DNA of 64,000 nt from Thainema sp. (lineage in GTDB: Bacteria > Cyanobacteriota > Cyanobacteriia > Phormidesmidales > Phormidesmidaceae). Under the pieces are notes generated by a model. It did not search any database, was not told the origin of the DNA, and saw only the letters and a program-made list of their open reading frames with translations. A program made the position numbers and the translations under genes. Positions 30,301 through 39,975 of the stretch are shown piece after piece (position 1 is the stretch's first letter; every line of letters begins with the position of its first letter). The stretch covers positions 1 through 64,000 of the forward strand of contig JBQLZK010000017.1 of the NCBI GenBank assembly GCA_052168235.1. Reading direction: 5' to 3'.

Positions 30301-30958
30301 CACTATCGAGCTCGGGATCACTAGTTTCATGCCCTTTCTCCAGAGCTTTTTCATGGCGAGCATGATAAACAAACCACTCTTCTGCGGCTGTATCAGCCTG
30401 TAGCGATCGCAATACGCAACAGCTCGCCTCAAACATCTGCCCAACCGTATTGACCAGTGTTTGCAGAATTTGGCGATAGGTGCGGGCGCGTCGAATTGTA
30501 TTGGTGACGGCATTGAGTAACGATTCCTGCTGAAGCGTGCGAGCTAATTCTTGCGTCCGTGCCCGCAGCACATTGTGGGTGTCAACAGCTTGCTGCACCA
30601 CCGCCTTGAGTTCCTGATCGTCCCACGGCTTGGTGACATACTTGAACACCTTCCCAGCATTAATGGCCTCCACCAGGTCTTCCACATCGGTGTAGCCAGT
30701 CAAAATAATCCGAATAATGTCGGGATAGCGAGTTGCAGTTTGGCTCAAAAACTCGGTACCGCTCATACCCGGCATCCGCTGATCCGAGATGATGACCGCA
30801 ATATCCCCTTCTTGCTCTAGAATTTCCAACGCAGCATGACCGCTCTCAGCACGCAGAACGACATACTCACGACGAAAGGCGCGGTATAGCAGATCAAGAT
30901 TGTCGGGTTCGTCATCGACGACCAAAATCTTTGATTTTTGCTTGACTTGATCGCTCAT
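27317..30958 (-). CDS. cyaC: adenylate cyclase CyaC (REC-GAF-GAF-His kinase-REC-cyclase)
   Basis: VVDDE/SDQRMP receiver, two GAF domains, SHEFRTPL, NAMKF/G-boxes, second receiver, FSDIVGFT/DKFMGD/VNIAARIQ class III cyclase. Confidence 0.92.
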   Translation of the reverse strand: MSDQVKQKSKILVVDDEPDNLDLLYRAFRREYVVLRAESGHAALEILEQEGDIAVIISDQRMPGMSGTEFLSQTATRYPDIIRIILTGYTDVEDLVEAINAGKVFKYVTKPWDDQELKAVVQQAVDTHNVLRARTQELARTLQQESLLNAVTNTIRRARTYRQILQTLVNTVGQMFEASCCVLRSLQADTAAEEWFVYHARHEKALEKGHETSDPELDSESNGTSRTLIYSIDDLTQTIWETDDVLVIEDVHSDPRICLETPEGEQRRQAYLSQDIRSSLLVPLMVQQELLAVLALHQKHEIRRWRGDEVQILLMVADQAALALSQARAYEQSQALAQRESLVNTITTAIRSSLDPQDIFAAITKNLGEVLNTDGCALSLWTEDDEYVQCVGLYDAADQHPNEGSESADTAAVSVATPEAWDVLHSSASYHQAQLNHRVSTAVDEVRTSDLHKPLPQSLAPIEGNPVLLRLLETQQPVVVHDLVQHPELNMPDLPLRVHTRALLVVPLLTTAGKIIGSISLRQNQPRTWQATEISLAQAVATQAAIAVQQSRLYQKTRQQAEQLMELDRQKTEFFQNISHEFRTPLTLTIGPLEAAVAQKQGLSYEQSEIALRNSRRLLRLVNQLLDLQRLDAGRMQPKFRPCNIEEFVSQITESFQPYCDRKQLQLIAQLSPCPSVYLDAEKFDKVLYNLLSNAMKFTQAGGSITVRLYPDGDDCIIEVSDSGIGIRDDQIPHLFERFRQADGSENRSYEGSGLGLALVKELVDMHGGQIEVSSVYGKGTTFKIRLRTGTDHLSAEAIVEAAVESTASRALVELADIELDQRAVASTADPLPMTPLPALNEAETTIAPAITANILVVDDNNDLRAYVSQILQQAGHEVYGARNGAEGYQMAEARKPDLIITDLMMPVVSGLDMIRQLRANEHLRGIPIILLTAKADEDTRITGAEQGADAYLSKPFNNRELLAEVRNLLALKANERRIAELNTYLTESVLQRFLPPMMVEKAARGKLSLDLRPEPKLVTILFSDIVGFTQLSNTLRSRRVAELLNEYLEEMTYAIFDNGGTVDKFMGDAVLAIFGAPEEISPNEQVRRAIAAARQMYHRLDQLNEKWRSQGIGEVKFRCGIHQGTAVVGLFGGAQRSDYTAIGPSVNIAARIQEAADPDAILVSAAVADYLTENEIVKFSPLKLKGVDETVLTFGVKPRLEPAETPASVTEE

Positions 30959-31944
30959 GCACTGCTCACTCCGTGCCAGGGCCGAAAAAGAAGATGCTGG
31001 ATTTGACTGAATATAGAACCATCTCTAGTAATATGTGAATCTCAATCCCTTCCGACCCGAACCAAATCTACTCACTGATTGCTGCTAGAGCTGCGCTGTT
31101 GCCTTTATCAACTTAGCGTTCTGTTGGTCGATCAACCATCCTCCTTTGTCTTAATTTACTAGAACAACTCAAACTAGAGCCTGCTCTAGTAAATTGGTTC
31201 TGCACCAACTTACATCAAAGATGCTGAATTCATCCGGAATGCGTTGTTTGGGCTTGGCAAAGCAACAGCTTAATTTGCCTATTAACTATTTATTACTAAC
31301 TACAACGCGCGTTCCATAGGATCCGCACATCAATATCAGCAATTCAGCTTAAAGATCTCGTTTTTGGGTGAAATGAATTGTTTAGGTGAAATCGTAGAAC
31401 AAATAGTGATGGAATTAAGAGTAGAACGGCAGAAATTGAGAATGGATCGCAGAGCAGGTTGCCAGTGAATTAAGTCTAGCTGTCAGTTCTAACTGTCCGT
31501 AGCTTGGCTCACCGACCTGTCTGACGATGTTCATTTTCAATCTCTGAGCAATGCACCTGAGACTAGGCAGAACGTAACGAAATACTAAAAACGTCCCGTC
31601 ATCCTAGCATACCTAGCATTCCCCAAGGTTTTGATAAATTATCAATCCTGATTGGGTGACACCGTTTCCATTCTCTAGAAGCGCCACTGTAACGACACGG
31701 TAGCCACAGACAACAGATTGTGACAGTTACAAAACTGGTTCCTGTGTGGCAACTTGACTGCGAGTCCCTCGTCAAAGGTTTTATAGGTAATCTGGCTATG
31801 AGAGCCTAGAATAGGGTTTTGCAAAAAGTATGCGCTCCATGCTTTTATCTGAAACAAGATTGGTTTCTACTATAAAGATTCTGCATCGACGCCTGAACCC
31901 AATATCAGGATGAGTACCCTCACACACACCGAAGGATTTTGAGT

Positions 31945-32934
31945 ATGAAACGCCAGTTGTGGTTCCGACTGATGACGCTAGCTCTGATTAGTTTCGGAGG
32001 TGGCACGGTATGGCATCGTGTGGATGCCGCTACGTTTGGTCAGCAAGAGGTGAGTCAGGAGAATATTATTGCGATCGCATCTCCGGTTAACAACGGTGAA
32101 ACCCATCAGCTTTTAGTGGTAGAGCAAGTCAGTGACAGTCAAGCCTGCTGGCAGGAAAATCAAGACATCGCGGGCACAATTGAACCGCTGCTGCTCAATT
32201 TTGACTTTACTGGCATCTGTAGCCGCGCTACTGACAGCAATGGCTACTCGATTCGAGTGGGAGGCGAAGACTTAGGGCTGCAATATGTGCTGCGCGTGGT
32301 GCAGTCTGATAATGTTATGCGGCTGGTGGGGATTCCCATTAGCGATCGCAGTGCGCCCAAGCTGGAAATTGGCCGAACCAAGGGTGTAACTAGCGATTTT
32401 GTCAAAATTCAGCTCAATCCGGGCTGGCGCTTTACAAAGCGAACATATGACGGGCAAACGCTGGGCCATTACTACTTCACCAACGATCAGAGCTTAGCCG
32501 CTCTAGCTGCCGCTTCTGAAAATACAGGAACAGGTTCTGGTTCGAGTATTCCCAGCACCGGAACGGGGGCTGTGACCTCACCGTCACCCTTGCCAACAAC
32601 ATTACCCAGCTCTGATGTGACACCTGAGACACCGACAACTGAACCAACTGAACCAGCAGCAAGCCCAACTACTGACACTGCAACTGATGGTTCTGATGCA
32701 ACCTCTTCAGATACGAATGTGAGAATCATTGATATCGTTCGGCCATCGGCAGGTTCAACTCCGGCTACTGAAACCGAGGCAACTACCGACTCGAATGTCG
32801 AGCCAACTGTTGATACGAATACAGGGACATCAGCAACTCCGACTCCGTCAGCACCCAGTAGCGGCTCCATTATGGTGCCAACCTTACCCACACCACCGAG
32901 TTCACCGCTACTAGATTCCACGCTTGGTAATTAA
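31945..32934 (+). CDS. DUF3747-domain exported protein with a Ser/Thr/Pro-rich tail
   Basis: signal peptide; PLLLNFDFTGIC.RATDSNGYSIR, LNPGWRFTKRTY.G..LGH.Y. Confidence 0.85.
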   Translation: MKRQLWFRLMTLALISFGGGTVWHRVDAATFGQQEVSQENIIAIASPVNNGETHQLLVVEQVSDSQACWQENQDIAGTIEPLLLNFDFTGICSRATDSNGYSIRVGGEDLGLQYVLRVVQSDNVMRLVGIPISDRSAPKLEIGRTKGVTSDFVKIQLNPGWRFTKRTYDGQTLGHYYFTNDQSLAALAAASENTGTGSGSSIPSTGTGAVTSPSPLPTTLPSSDVTPETPTTEPTEPAASPTTDTATDGSDATSSDTNVRIIDIVRPSAGSTPATETEATTDSNVEPTVDTNTGTSATPTPSAPSSGSIMVPTLPTPPSSPLLDSTLGN

Positions 32935-32960
32935 TCTAACTAACTGCGCAAATTGAAACT

Positions 32961-32999
32961 CAAAGAGGGCTTATGCCGTATCGGCATAAGCCCTCTTTG
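32961..32999. terminator. perfect 18-bp hairpin between convergent genes
   Basis: caaagagggcttatgccg-TAT-cggcataagccctctttg. Confidence 0.7.
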
Positions 33000-33050
33000 C
33001 TCTTGCTACAAAATCTATTGCTGCAAAACCTATTGAGTCTGCAGAGCAGC

Positions 33051-33356
33051 CTACCATTTCAGCGTGTTGAACTGTTCCATATCAACTGTGTCCCGGTTGC
33101 GATAAATCGCCAGGACGATCGCCAGTCCAACTGCCGCTTCCGCAGCTGCAATCGTAATCACGAAGATGGCAAATACCTGACCGCGAATGAGCTGTGCGTC
33201 CAGATAGTTGGAAAACGCCATCAAGTTGAGGTTAACCGCGTTCAACATCAGTTCAATCGACATCAAAACGCGAATGGCATTTCGGCTCGTAACCAAGCCA
33301 AATACACCAATACAAAACAAAGCCGCTGCCAAAATCAAAAAGTACTGAAGCTGCAT
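33051..33356 (-). CDS. ndhE: NDH-1 subunit 4L (NuoK)
   Basis: [31 protein letters not shown]. Confidence 0.97.
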   Translation of the reverse strand: MQLQYFLILAAALFCIGVFGLVTSRNAIRVLMSIELMLNAVNLNLMAFSNYLDAQLIRGQVFAIFVITIAAAEAAVGLAIVLAIYRNRDTVDMEQFNTLKW

Positions 33357-33406
33357 GACTATCTTTCTCGCTGATCAAAACACCAAATTAAGCTAAAGCC
33401 TTTTAT

Positions 33407-33484
33407 GTAGGTTGGGTTGAACAACGCGAAACCCAACAGTGAGTTAAGCAGTCGTTAGATTTCGCAAGCTCGATGGCAATCTAC
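33407..33484. repeat. inverted pair of GTAG-type REP-like elements between ndhG and ndhE
   Basis: gtaggttgggttga...gaaacccaac plus a degenerate opposite-strand copy ending in ctac. Confidence 0.6.
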
Positions 33485-33545
33485 AAGAGGCTCAATCTAC
33501 TTAAGGAGTTAAACACTAACCCCCCTGTCCTAAACTGACCTCAAG

Positions 33546-34166
33546 TTAGCTTTCCTCTGACGGAGCAGAACCCCCGATTGAAATCAAATCTCGTGGCCGT
33601 TCTGGAAGCTGGAGCGAGATTTCTTCTGGAATACCCGTTTCCGCTTCATCCGGCAAGAACTCGCGGCGGGCCAGAATAATCGCTCCGATTAGAGCCATCA
33701 GCAGCAGAACAGATGCTAATTCAAACGGCAGAAGGAAATCACTGAATAAATGCTGACCAATCAAGAGGGTTGCCGCATCTCCGATTGCAGGCTCAGTGGA
33801 CAATGGCCAAGCCGTAGAGATAATCATCGTGCCCAATAGTGCGAATAGGCCAACACAAATTACACCTGTTGCGGCCCGACTCACCCAAGCGTTCTGCACA
33901 GGAGTAAAGGGCTGCCGCTTATTCACAAGCATGATGCCGAAGAGGATGAGAATATTGACAGCGCCAACGTAAATCAGGATTTGGGCAGCGGCGACGAAGC
34001 CAGCATTGAGCAAGATATAGAATCCCGATATGCCCACAAAGACCATACCCAGCAGAAAAGCTGAGTAGACAATGTTAGCTAAAAGAACCACTCCTAAAGC
34101 GGCTCCGATCATCATCACTCCTAATAGTCCAAACGAAACAATTTGGACGCCCTCGGCTAAATTCAC
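33546..34166 (-). CDS. ndhG: NDH-1 subunit 6 (NuoJ)
   Basis: NIVYSAFLL, AAAQILIYVGA.N, FLLPFELASVLLL. Confidence 0.97.
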   Translation of the reverse strand: MNLAEGVQIVSFGLLGVMMIGAALGVVLLANIVYSAFLLGMVFVGISGFYILLNAGFVAAAQILIYVGAVNILILFGIMLVNKRQPFTPVQNAWVSRAATGVICVGLFALLGTMIISTAWPLSTEPAIGDAATLLIGQHLFSDFLLPFELASVLLLMALIGAIILARREFLPDEAETGIPEEISLQLPERPRDLISIGGSAPSEES

Positions 34167-34307
34167 GGCAGTGTATGCTCCTTCTACAGCGTCTATAACG
34201 ATTGCAAGATTAAAGCTAATCTCTTAAATTTGCCAGTTTTTCGTATTTAAGCCTATTCCTGACCAATTTTGCACAGGTTTAACCTGTGCTTGCATCTAGC
34301 TGAAACA

Positions 34308-34928
34308 TTAAGACTTAGCAGACTCTTCGGCTACTTCATCCTCTGCTGCTTCTAGCTCATCTAGAATCTCTTCTGGCCGCTGGCCTGGTCGCTGAGACCC
34401 CGGTGGTAGATCATGAGGATCAATAACGCCTTTGGGCAGATAGGCAAATTCCCGCAGCGGGGTCACCATCGGATCTTCAGTTACCTTGTAAGGCAGACGA
34501 CCCAGCGCCACGTTGTCGTAGTTCAGCTCGTGGCGATCGTAGGACGATAGCTCATATTCTTCCGTCATAGATAGGCAGTTGGTGGGGCAGTATTCCACAC
34601 AGTTGCCGCAGAAAATGCAGACGCCAAAGTCGATACTGTAATGCTTCAGATTTTTCTTCTTCGACTCTTTGTTGAATTCCCAATCGACCACAGGCAGGTT
34701 GATCGGACAAACGCGCACGCACACTTCGCAGGCGATGCACTTATCAAACTCAAAGTGGATCCGCCCACGATAGCGTTCTGAGGGAATCAGCTTTTCGTAG
34801 GGATATTGAACGGTGACCGGGCGGCGGCGCATGTGGTCAAAGGTTACGGAAAGCCCTTGACCAATGTACTTGGCAGCTTGGCCTGCACCTTTCGTATAGT
34901 CTGCAACTTGTTTGAGAAACTTCAGCAT
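34308..34928 (-). CDS. ndhI: NDH-1 subunit I
   Basis: two 4Fe-4S motifs, [12 protein letters not shown] and [12 protein letters not shown]. Confidence 0.97.
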   Translation of the reverse strand: MLKFLKQVADYTKGAGQAAKYIGQGLSVTFDHMRRRPVTVQYPYEKLIPSERYRGRIHFEFDKCIACEVCVRVCPINLPVVDWEFNKESKKKNLKHYSIDFGVCIFCGNCVEYCPTNCLSMTEEYELSSYDRHELNYDNVALGRLPYKVTEDPMVTPLREFAYLPKGVIDPHDLPPGSQRPGQRPEEILDELEAAEDEVAEESAKS

Positions 34929-34986
34929 AGTGTCTCCGAGCGACTTCAGTATCGGAAGAAATCGAAAGAATTGGACTCAGCTCTCA

Positions 34987-36105
34987 CTAACCGCCAAAGG
35001 CGAAGGGGAAAACTAGCTTAAGTCCGGCAGTGATCAGTAGGTTGACCAGCGAAATAGGCAACAGAAATTTCCAGCCAAAGTCTAGAAGCTGGTCGATTCT
35101 GACGCGGGGCACTGTCCAACGCATCAGGATAGAAATGAAGACGAGGAAATAAGCTTTGAGTAGCGTTGAGAGAATGCCGAGAGAGGCGAAGGAAATCTGA
35201 AGAATCGGATTGGTCTCGCTGACACCGAGCCAACCTGCGATCGCATCAATTGGAATCGGAAAGTCCCAGCCACCGAGGTACAAAATCACAAACAGCAGGG
35301 CCGACAGAATTAAGTTGACGTAGGAGCCGACGTAGAACAAACCGAACTTCATGCCTGTGTACTCGGTTTGATAGCCTGCCACCAGCTCTTCTTCTGCTTC
35401 TGGCAAGTCAAATGGCAGACGCTCACATTCGGCCAGCGCGGCGATCCAGAAAATCAAAAAGCCGACTGGCTGTCGCCAAATGTTCCAGCCCAGAATGCCG
35501 TAGCCGGACTGCTGCTCAACAATATCAATCGTGCTGAGGCTGTTCGACATCATGACGACGGCCAAAACAGCCAAAGCAAGTGGAATCTCATAGCTAATCG
35601 ACTGCGCGGTTGCCCTGAGTCCACCCAGAAGGGAGTATTTGTTGTTGGACGAATAGCCAGACATCAGCAATCCAATGGGAGCGATGCTCGAAAGCGCAAT
35701 CCAGAGGAAAATGCCCACACCGATGTTGGTGATGATGAGATGTTGGCCGAACGGCACAATCAGGAACGACAGCAGAACCGGAATCACAACGATAATCGGC
35801 CCTAACGTGAAGAGAATAGAGTCAGCCTTGGCTGGTGTAATGTCTTCCTTGAACACCAGCTTGAGACCATCAGCCGCCGCTTGCAAAACTCCTAAGGGGC
35901 CTGCATATTCAGGGCCGATTCGCTGCTGTGCCGCAGCAGAAATCTTTCGCTCTAGCCAAACTGCAACAAATACTCCAACGACCGCTGCAACCAACATAAC
36001 CGTCATCGGTAGCGGAATCCAAGCTGCCTTGGCCGCACCCGGAGGGACGCCCAGTTCGGTCAGCGAACGGATAAACGTTCCTTGCAGATCAATTCCTGAG
36101 TTCAT
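34987..36105 (-). CDS. ndhA: NDH-1 subunit 1 (NuoH)
   Basis: [44 protein letters not shown]. Confidence 0.97.
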   Translation of the reverse strand: MNSGIDLQGTFIRSLTELGVPPGAAKAAWIPLPMTVMLVAAVVGVFVAVWLERKISAAAQQRIGPEYAGPLGVLQAAADGLKLVFKEDITPAKADSILFTLGPIIVVIPVLLSFLIVPFGQHLIITNIGVGIFLWIALSSIAPIGLLMSGYSSNNKYSLLGGLRATAQSISYEIPLALAVLAVVMMSNSLSTIDIVEQQSGYGILGWNIWRQPVGFLIFWIAALAECERLPFDLPEAEEELVAGYQTEYTGMKFGLFYVGSYVNLILSALLFVILYLGGWDFPIPIDAIAGWLGVSETNPILQISFASLGILSTLLKAYFLVFISILMRWTVPRVRIDQLLDFGWKFLLPISLVNLLITAGLKLVFPFAFGG

Positions 36106-36359
36106 ATCACCCGCATCTCAGCCTACGAAACCAATGTGTATGAGCCATTGCCATCATATATAAAGATTTTTGACTTGGCTCCACTTGCTTAGTATATCGC
36201 TGTGCAGCAGTTCGCCAAATCTAACTTGCTGAATGTATCCCAAGTTTCTATTTATCAATTGCATAAGTCAGCAAAACAGAGGGCGAGATCGGCTCAGCCA
36301 ATCTCGCCCTCTGCTGTTCAAAATCATGGAACCAATAGCGACTGAATCAGTGACGCAAG

Positions 36360-36671
36360 TTAGTCTGAGCTAGGGTCTGGGCGATGCTTACGCAGCTGTT
36401 CTGCTTCAGGGCAATCGTCCGAAACCAGCGGCTCTACATTGCCGCGTGGAACGGTTGATAGCTTTTGGGTCACTGCACCAATGCTTTCCAACCGAACCAT
36501 TTCTTCCCAAGAGCAAACTTCATCGTCTTCTTCGGTTTCGTAGCGCAGTGTCACCAAATCGCCTTCGATATCGAGGATTTGCGCCCGTTCAATCCAGCGT
36601 TGTTGATCCCGTAGAAAAATCCATACCTCACGTCCATCACAGCAGAGCTGATAGATCTTGCGGTGTAACAT
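36360..36671 (-). CDS. conserved cyanobacterial protein (DUF6679-like)
   Basis: MLHRKIYQLCCDGREV.IFLRDQQRWIE pattern; followed by a hairpin at about 36277-36313. Confidence 0.8.
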   Translation of the reverse strand: MLHRKIYQLCCDGREVWIFLRDQQRWIERAQILDIEGDLVTLRYETEEDDEVCSWEEMVRLESIGAVTQKLSTVPRGNVEPLVSDDCPEAEQLRKHRPDPSSD

Positions 36672-36918
36672 TGATTCCTTCTCCGATCCGGTACAGTTTT
36701 TTACAGTGTCGAAAATCTAATCTTGTTTTTTCTGAGAACGGCTTCATCCGCACAGTTCAGAATCTATTGTCACCATCATCATGTAGCCGAATTGGGAGTA
36801 GCTGAACTTGAATGGGAGCATTGTGTTGGCGGCAGCACATGCAGTTGTCATGATTTAAACCTTGGGAGATAAAGTTCTACGCTTCGGTTGTCAAATTGGC
36901 CCACAGCTTGCACTCTGC

Positions 36919-37086
36919 TTAACCCAAAACTAAATCAAAACCCGAAGCGAGCGCTTTGCCACTGTCAAACACGAACATGTCGAACAAGGACAATCTACTC
37001 TCTTTGGGTTCAGTACAAGGTGTGAGATTTACGGACATTAAACCCCGACTTTTGGCACTTGTGAAGGGGATAAGGGATATTACCAT
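36919..37086 (-). CDS. putative 55-aa small protein or leader ORF (below the ORF-track cutoff)
   Basis: manual translation MVISLIPFTSAKSRGLMSVNLTPCTEPKESRLSLFDMFVFDSGKALASGFDLVLG*. Confidence 0.45.
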   Translation of the reverse strand: MVISLIPFTSAKSRGLMSVNLTPCTEPKESRLSLFDMFVFDSGKALASGFDLVLG

Positions 37087-37376
37087 TTTAACGATTGATT
37101 GACCCGTACTGCTGCTGTGAAGTCTGTATTTCGTTCAAACTTTATGAAGCTATGCTGCGAAAGATTGATTAGCTCTCAGCCGATGGCGTGTCAATCAAGC
37201 ACTTGACACGTCCCTATTGGGATTAAGTACAAGCTGTATAGCTGTAGCCAGCCAGCTCGATTCGGACACGGAGGTTTTGGTGACGCGACGTCGCTGCGCC
37301 ACCAAAACGTCCCAACCAATAGGACTATGGCTATAAGATCCAAGATGTGAGTGGACGTTTATCCAAGAGATTCGAC

Positions 37377-38123
37377 ATGTTGTTACATCTCAGTACGTGG
37401 CCAGAGGTTGAACAGTATTTGAAACAGTCCCCAGGGATTATTTTCCCGATTGGTTCGACCGAGCAGCATGGCCCAACGGGTCTGATTGGAACCGATGCGA
37501 TTTGTGCAGAGGCCGTAGCGAAAGGGGTCGGCGAATCCGTTCATGCGCTGGTGGGGCCGACCATTAACGTGGGTATGGCGCTACACCATACGGCATTCCC
37601 CGGCAGCATTAGCCTACGTCCCAGTACGCTGATTTTGGTTATTCGCGACTACATTACGCCGCTGGCTCGGGCTGGATTTACGCGATTTTTCTTCATTAAC
37701 GGTCACGGTGGCAATATCGCCACGCTGAAGGCTGCCTTTTCGGAAACCTATCAGATTCTGGCTGATTTACAGGTGCCAAATTGCGATCGCATTCAGTGTC
37801 GAGTGGCCAACTGGTTTATGTGTGGCTCAGTTTATCGGCTGGCTAAGGAACTTTACGGCGATCAGGAGGGTTCCCATGCCACACCGAGCGAGGTGGCGCT
37901 GACGCAGTATGTTTATCCGGAATCGATTAAGCAGGCACCGCTGTCGCCGGAAGTCGCTTCGGGGCATCCAATTTACAGCGCCGTGGATTTTCGTCGCCGT
38001 TATCCCGATGGTCGCATGGGATCGAATCCGGCTTTGGCTACACCGGAGCATGGTAAGCAGTTCTATGAGTTGGCCGTTAAAGAACTGAGCAACGACTATC
38101 TCAAGTTTTTGAATGCAGAGTAG
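37377..38123 (+). CDS. creatininase-family amidohydrolase
   Basis: PIGSTEQHG, GTD, NGHGGN, SHA..SE motifs; ATG at 37377. Confidence 0.9.
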   Translation: MLLHLSTWPEVEQYLKQSPGIIFPIGSTEQHGPTGLIGTDAICAEAVAKGVGESVHALVGPTINVGMALHHTAFPGSISLRPSTLILVIRDYITPLARAGFTRFFFINGHGGNIATLKAAFSETYQILADLQVPNCDRIQCRVANWFMCGSVYRLAKELYGDQEGSHATPSEVALTQYVYPESIKQAPLSPEVASGHPIYSAVDFRRRYPDGRMGSNPALATPEHGKQFYELAVKELSNDYLKFLNAE

Positions 38124-38147
38124 GGGCAAATGGCCATTTGCCCCTAC
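38120..38147. repeat. GTAG-type perfect palindrome that supplies the creatininase stop codon
   Basis: gtaggggcaaatgg|ccatttgcccctac. Confidence 0.75.
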
Positions 38148-38166
38148 CTAATATGTAAATTGCGTT

Positions 38167-39435
38167 ATGTCTTCAGCCCTTGCGCCTCACCCCACACTGC
38201 CGACTCCGCCGCCGTTGATGATGTCGGAGCCGGGGACATTTGCCTATTACACGATTACTGAACGCTGGCCGAAAATTGTCCGGCAGATTCAGGCGGAGCA
38301 GAATTTTGATGCGGCAGTTCAAGCCGAACTGACTGCACTGATAGATGAGCTATTGCACGGTACGGTTGAGCTAAACGTGAGCGGGGAGGATGAAGCAGCA
38401 TGGCGATCGCACATGTCACCGTATCAGGGGCAGTCCTGGTTCGATGTGCCTTGGTTCCTAGCTGAAACCTACTTCTATCGACGCATTCTAGACGCGACGG
38501 GTTACTTCAGTGCTGATGAAACTCACGGCATTGATCCCTTTGTCGTTCAAAAACAGCAGGGACTGAATCATGCGATCGCACCGCTCAGCACCCTCAGCCA
38601 TCAGCTTTGCCAGTGGTATGAATCAACGGATTGGAGTCCGGTGCCGTGGCGGCGGGACTGGATGCGGTGGCTGATGCTTGATGTGCTGTGGGGCAATCAG
38701 GCAGACCTCAGCCTGCGCCCCGGTGAAGCTACGAATCAGGCTGCCCAGCAGGCGGAGCAGATTCTAGTCAATGATGTCGAGGCCGTTCTGGATCATCTGG
38801 AAAACTGCGATCGCACCCGTATTGATATCGTCACGGACAATGCCGGAGCAGAATTAGTCTGCGATCTATTCCTAGCTCATGCGCTGGTGGCAACGGGCAA
38901 AGCCGGACAGGTGCATCTGCATCTGAAAAACCATCCCACCTTTGTGTCGGATGCGACGGAGCGAGATGTTTATCAAACCCTGTGGCAGCTAGCAAATATG
39001 CAGACTAGTGGCGTTGATACCGAGGAGATTAATTCGGCAAATTTGGCTACGCTTCAATCGCTGGCGCTGGAAATTTCCGCCTATGTGGATCGGGGACAGA
39101 TTCGTTTACAGACGCACCCCTTTTGGACATCGCCCCTGCCGGCCTGGGAAATACCTGTGGATTTGCAGCAGGAGCTGGTGCGATCGCAGCTTGTCATCTT
39201 TAAAGGTGATGCCAACTATCGACGGCTACTGGGCGATCGCACTTGGGAGTTCACCGAGTCGTTTCAGGCAGTTACCGACTATTTTTCGGCCCCGCTGCTG
39301 GCGCTGCGGACAGTTAAATCCAACATGGCAGTTGGATTAGATGCTGAGACAGTTACAGCGTTGTCGCAGACAAATACAGACTGGATGACAACTGGCGAAT
39401 GGGGGCTCGTGCAGTTCAATAAACAGAAGCAATGA
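38167..39435 (+). CDS. ARMT1/DUF89-family damage-control phosphatase
   Basis: PWF.AE.YFYRR, LWGN.ADLS, DNAG.EL..DL, P.FVSD, FKGDANYRRL, LRT.KS. Confidence 0.9.
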   Translation: MSSALAPHPTLPTPPPLMMSEPGTFAYYTITERWPKIVRQIQAEQNFDAAVQAELTALIDELLHGTVELNVSGEDEAAWRSHMSPYQGQSWFDVPWFLAETYFYRRILDATGYFSADETHGIDPFVVQKQQGLNHAIAPLSTLSHQLCQWYESTDWSPVPWRRDWMRWLMLDVLWGNQADLSLRPGEATNQAAQQAEQILVNDVEAVLDHLENCDRTRIDIVTDNAGAELVCDLFLAHALVATGKAGQVHLHLKNHPTFVSDATERDVYQTLWQLANMQTSGVDTEEINSANLATLQSLALEISAYVDRGQIRLQTHPFWTSPLPAWEIPVDLQQELVRSQLVIFKGDANYRRLLGDRTWEFTESFQAVTDYFSAPLLALRTVKSNMAVGLDAETVTALSQTNTDWMTTGEWGLVQFNKQKQ

Positions 39436-39474
39436 AGGGGATTTTGCCGCAAAACGGCAAAATCCCCTTCATTG
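39430..39474. terminator. perfect 20-bp hairpin between convergent genes
   Basis: caatgaaggggattttgccg-CAAAA-cggcaaaatccccttcattg. Confidence 0.7.
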
Positions 39475-39486
39475 TTGAGATGAATG

Positions 39487-39699
39487 TTAGTTTACTTGCC
39501 ACCAGCCCAAGCTGGGGCCGATGAAGCGAATTGTGATCCAATACACAACCAGAAATACGATACCAATCCAGGCTCCTTTGGTTGTCCAGTTTGAGAATTT
39601 TGCAGCCTGACTTTTGCGGATGGGAACCCACGGCAGAATGTTTTCCTCTTTGCCGTAATCATCCCCTAGATGTTCTTTGCGACGTTTTGCCTCACCCAT
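39487..39699 (-). CDS. DUF2839-family small membrane protein
   Basis: MGEAKRRK...W..KGAWIGI...W.T.RFIGP..GWW. Confidence 0.88.
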   Translation of the reverse strand: MGEAKRRKEHLGDDYGKEENILPWVPIRKSQAAKFSNWTTKGAWIGIVFLVVYWITIRFIGPSLGWWQVN

Positions 39700-39975
39700 A
39701 ATCTCTTAGTTGAATCGCTATAGTGTGTTGAAAATGCAGCTCAGCAACCGGGTTGTGACACCGAATCGAATTCAAATCAGCAGAACATGACCCAGCGCTT
39801 GAGTTTGATAATAGCGTCCTGACCTTATCACTGGGGACTGTATTGCAACATTGTTTTAAGCTTTGCTGCTCAGATGATCGAGGGATTGATGCGTTACGGC
39901 TAGCGCCTCACGCATCCTACAAATCTAGCGCCCAACACATCCTACAAAATCTGCATTGCGCTGTTGTTTTAAGCT

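Noticed and set aside
31910..31935. cctcacacacacc resembling the Yfr1 sRNA motif
   Set aside because: Partial match only, with no flanking hairpins, and it lies in a translation-initiation region
32973..33374. 133-aa plus-strand ORF
   Set aside because: Antisense to ndhE
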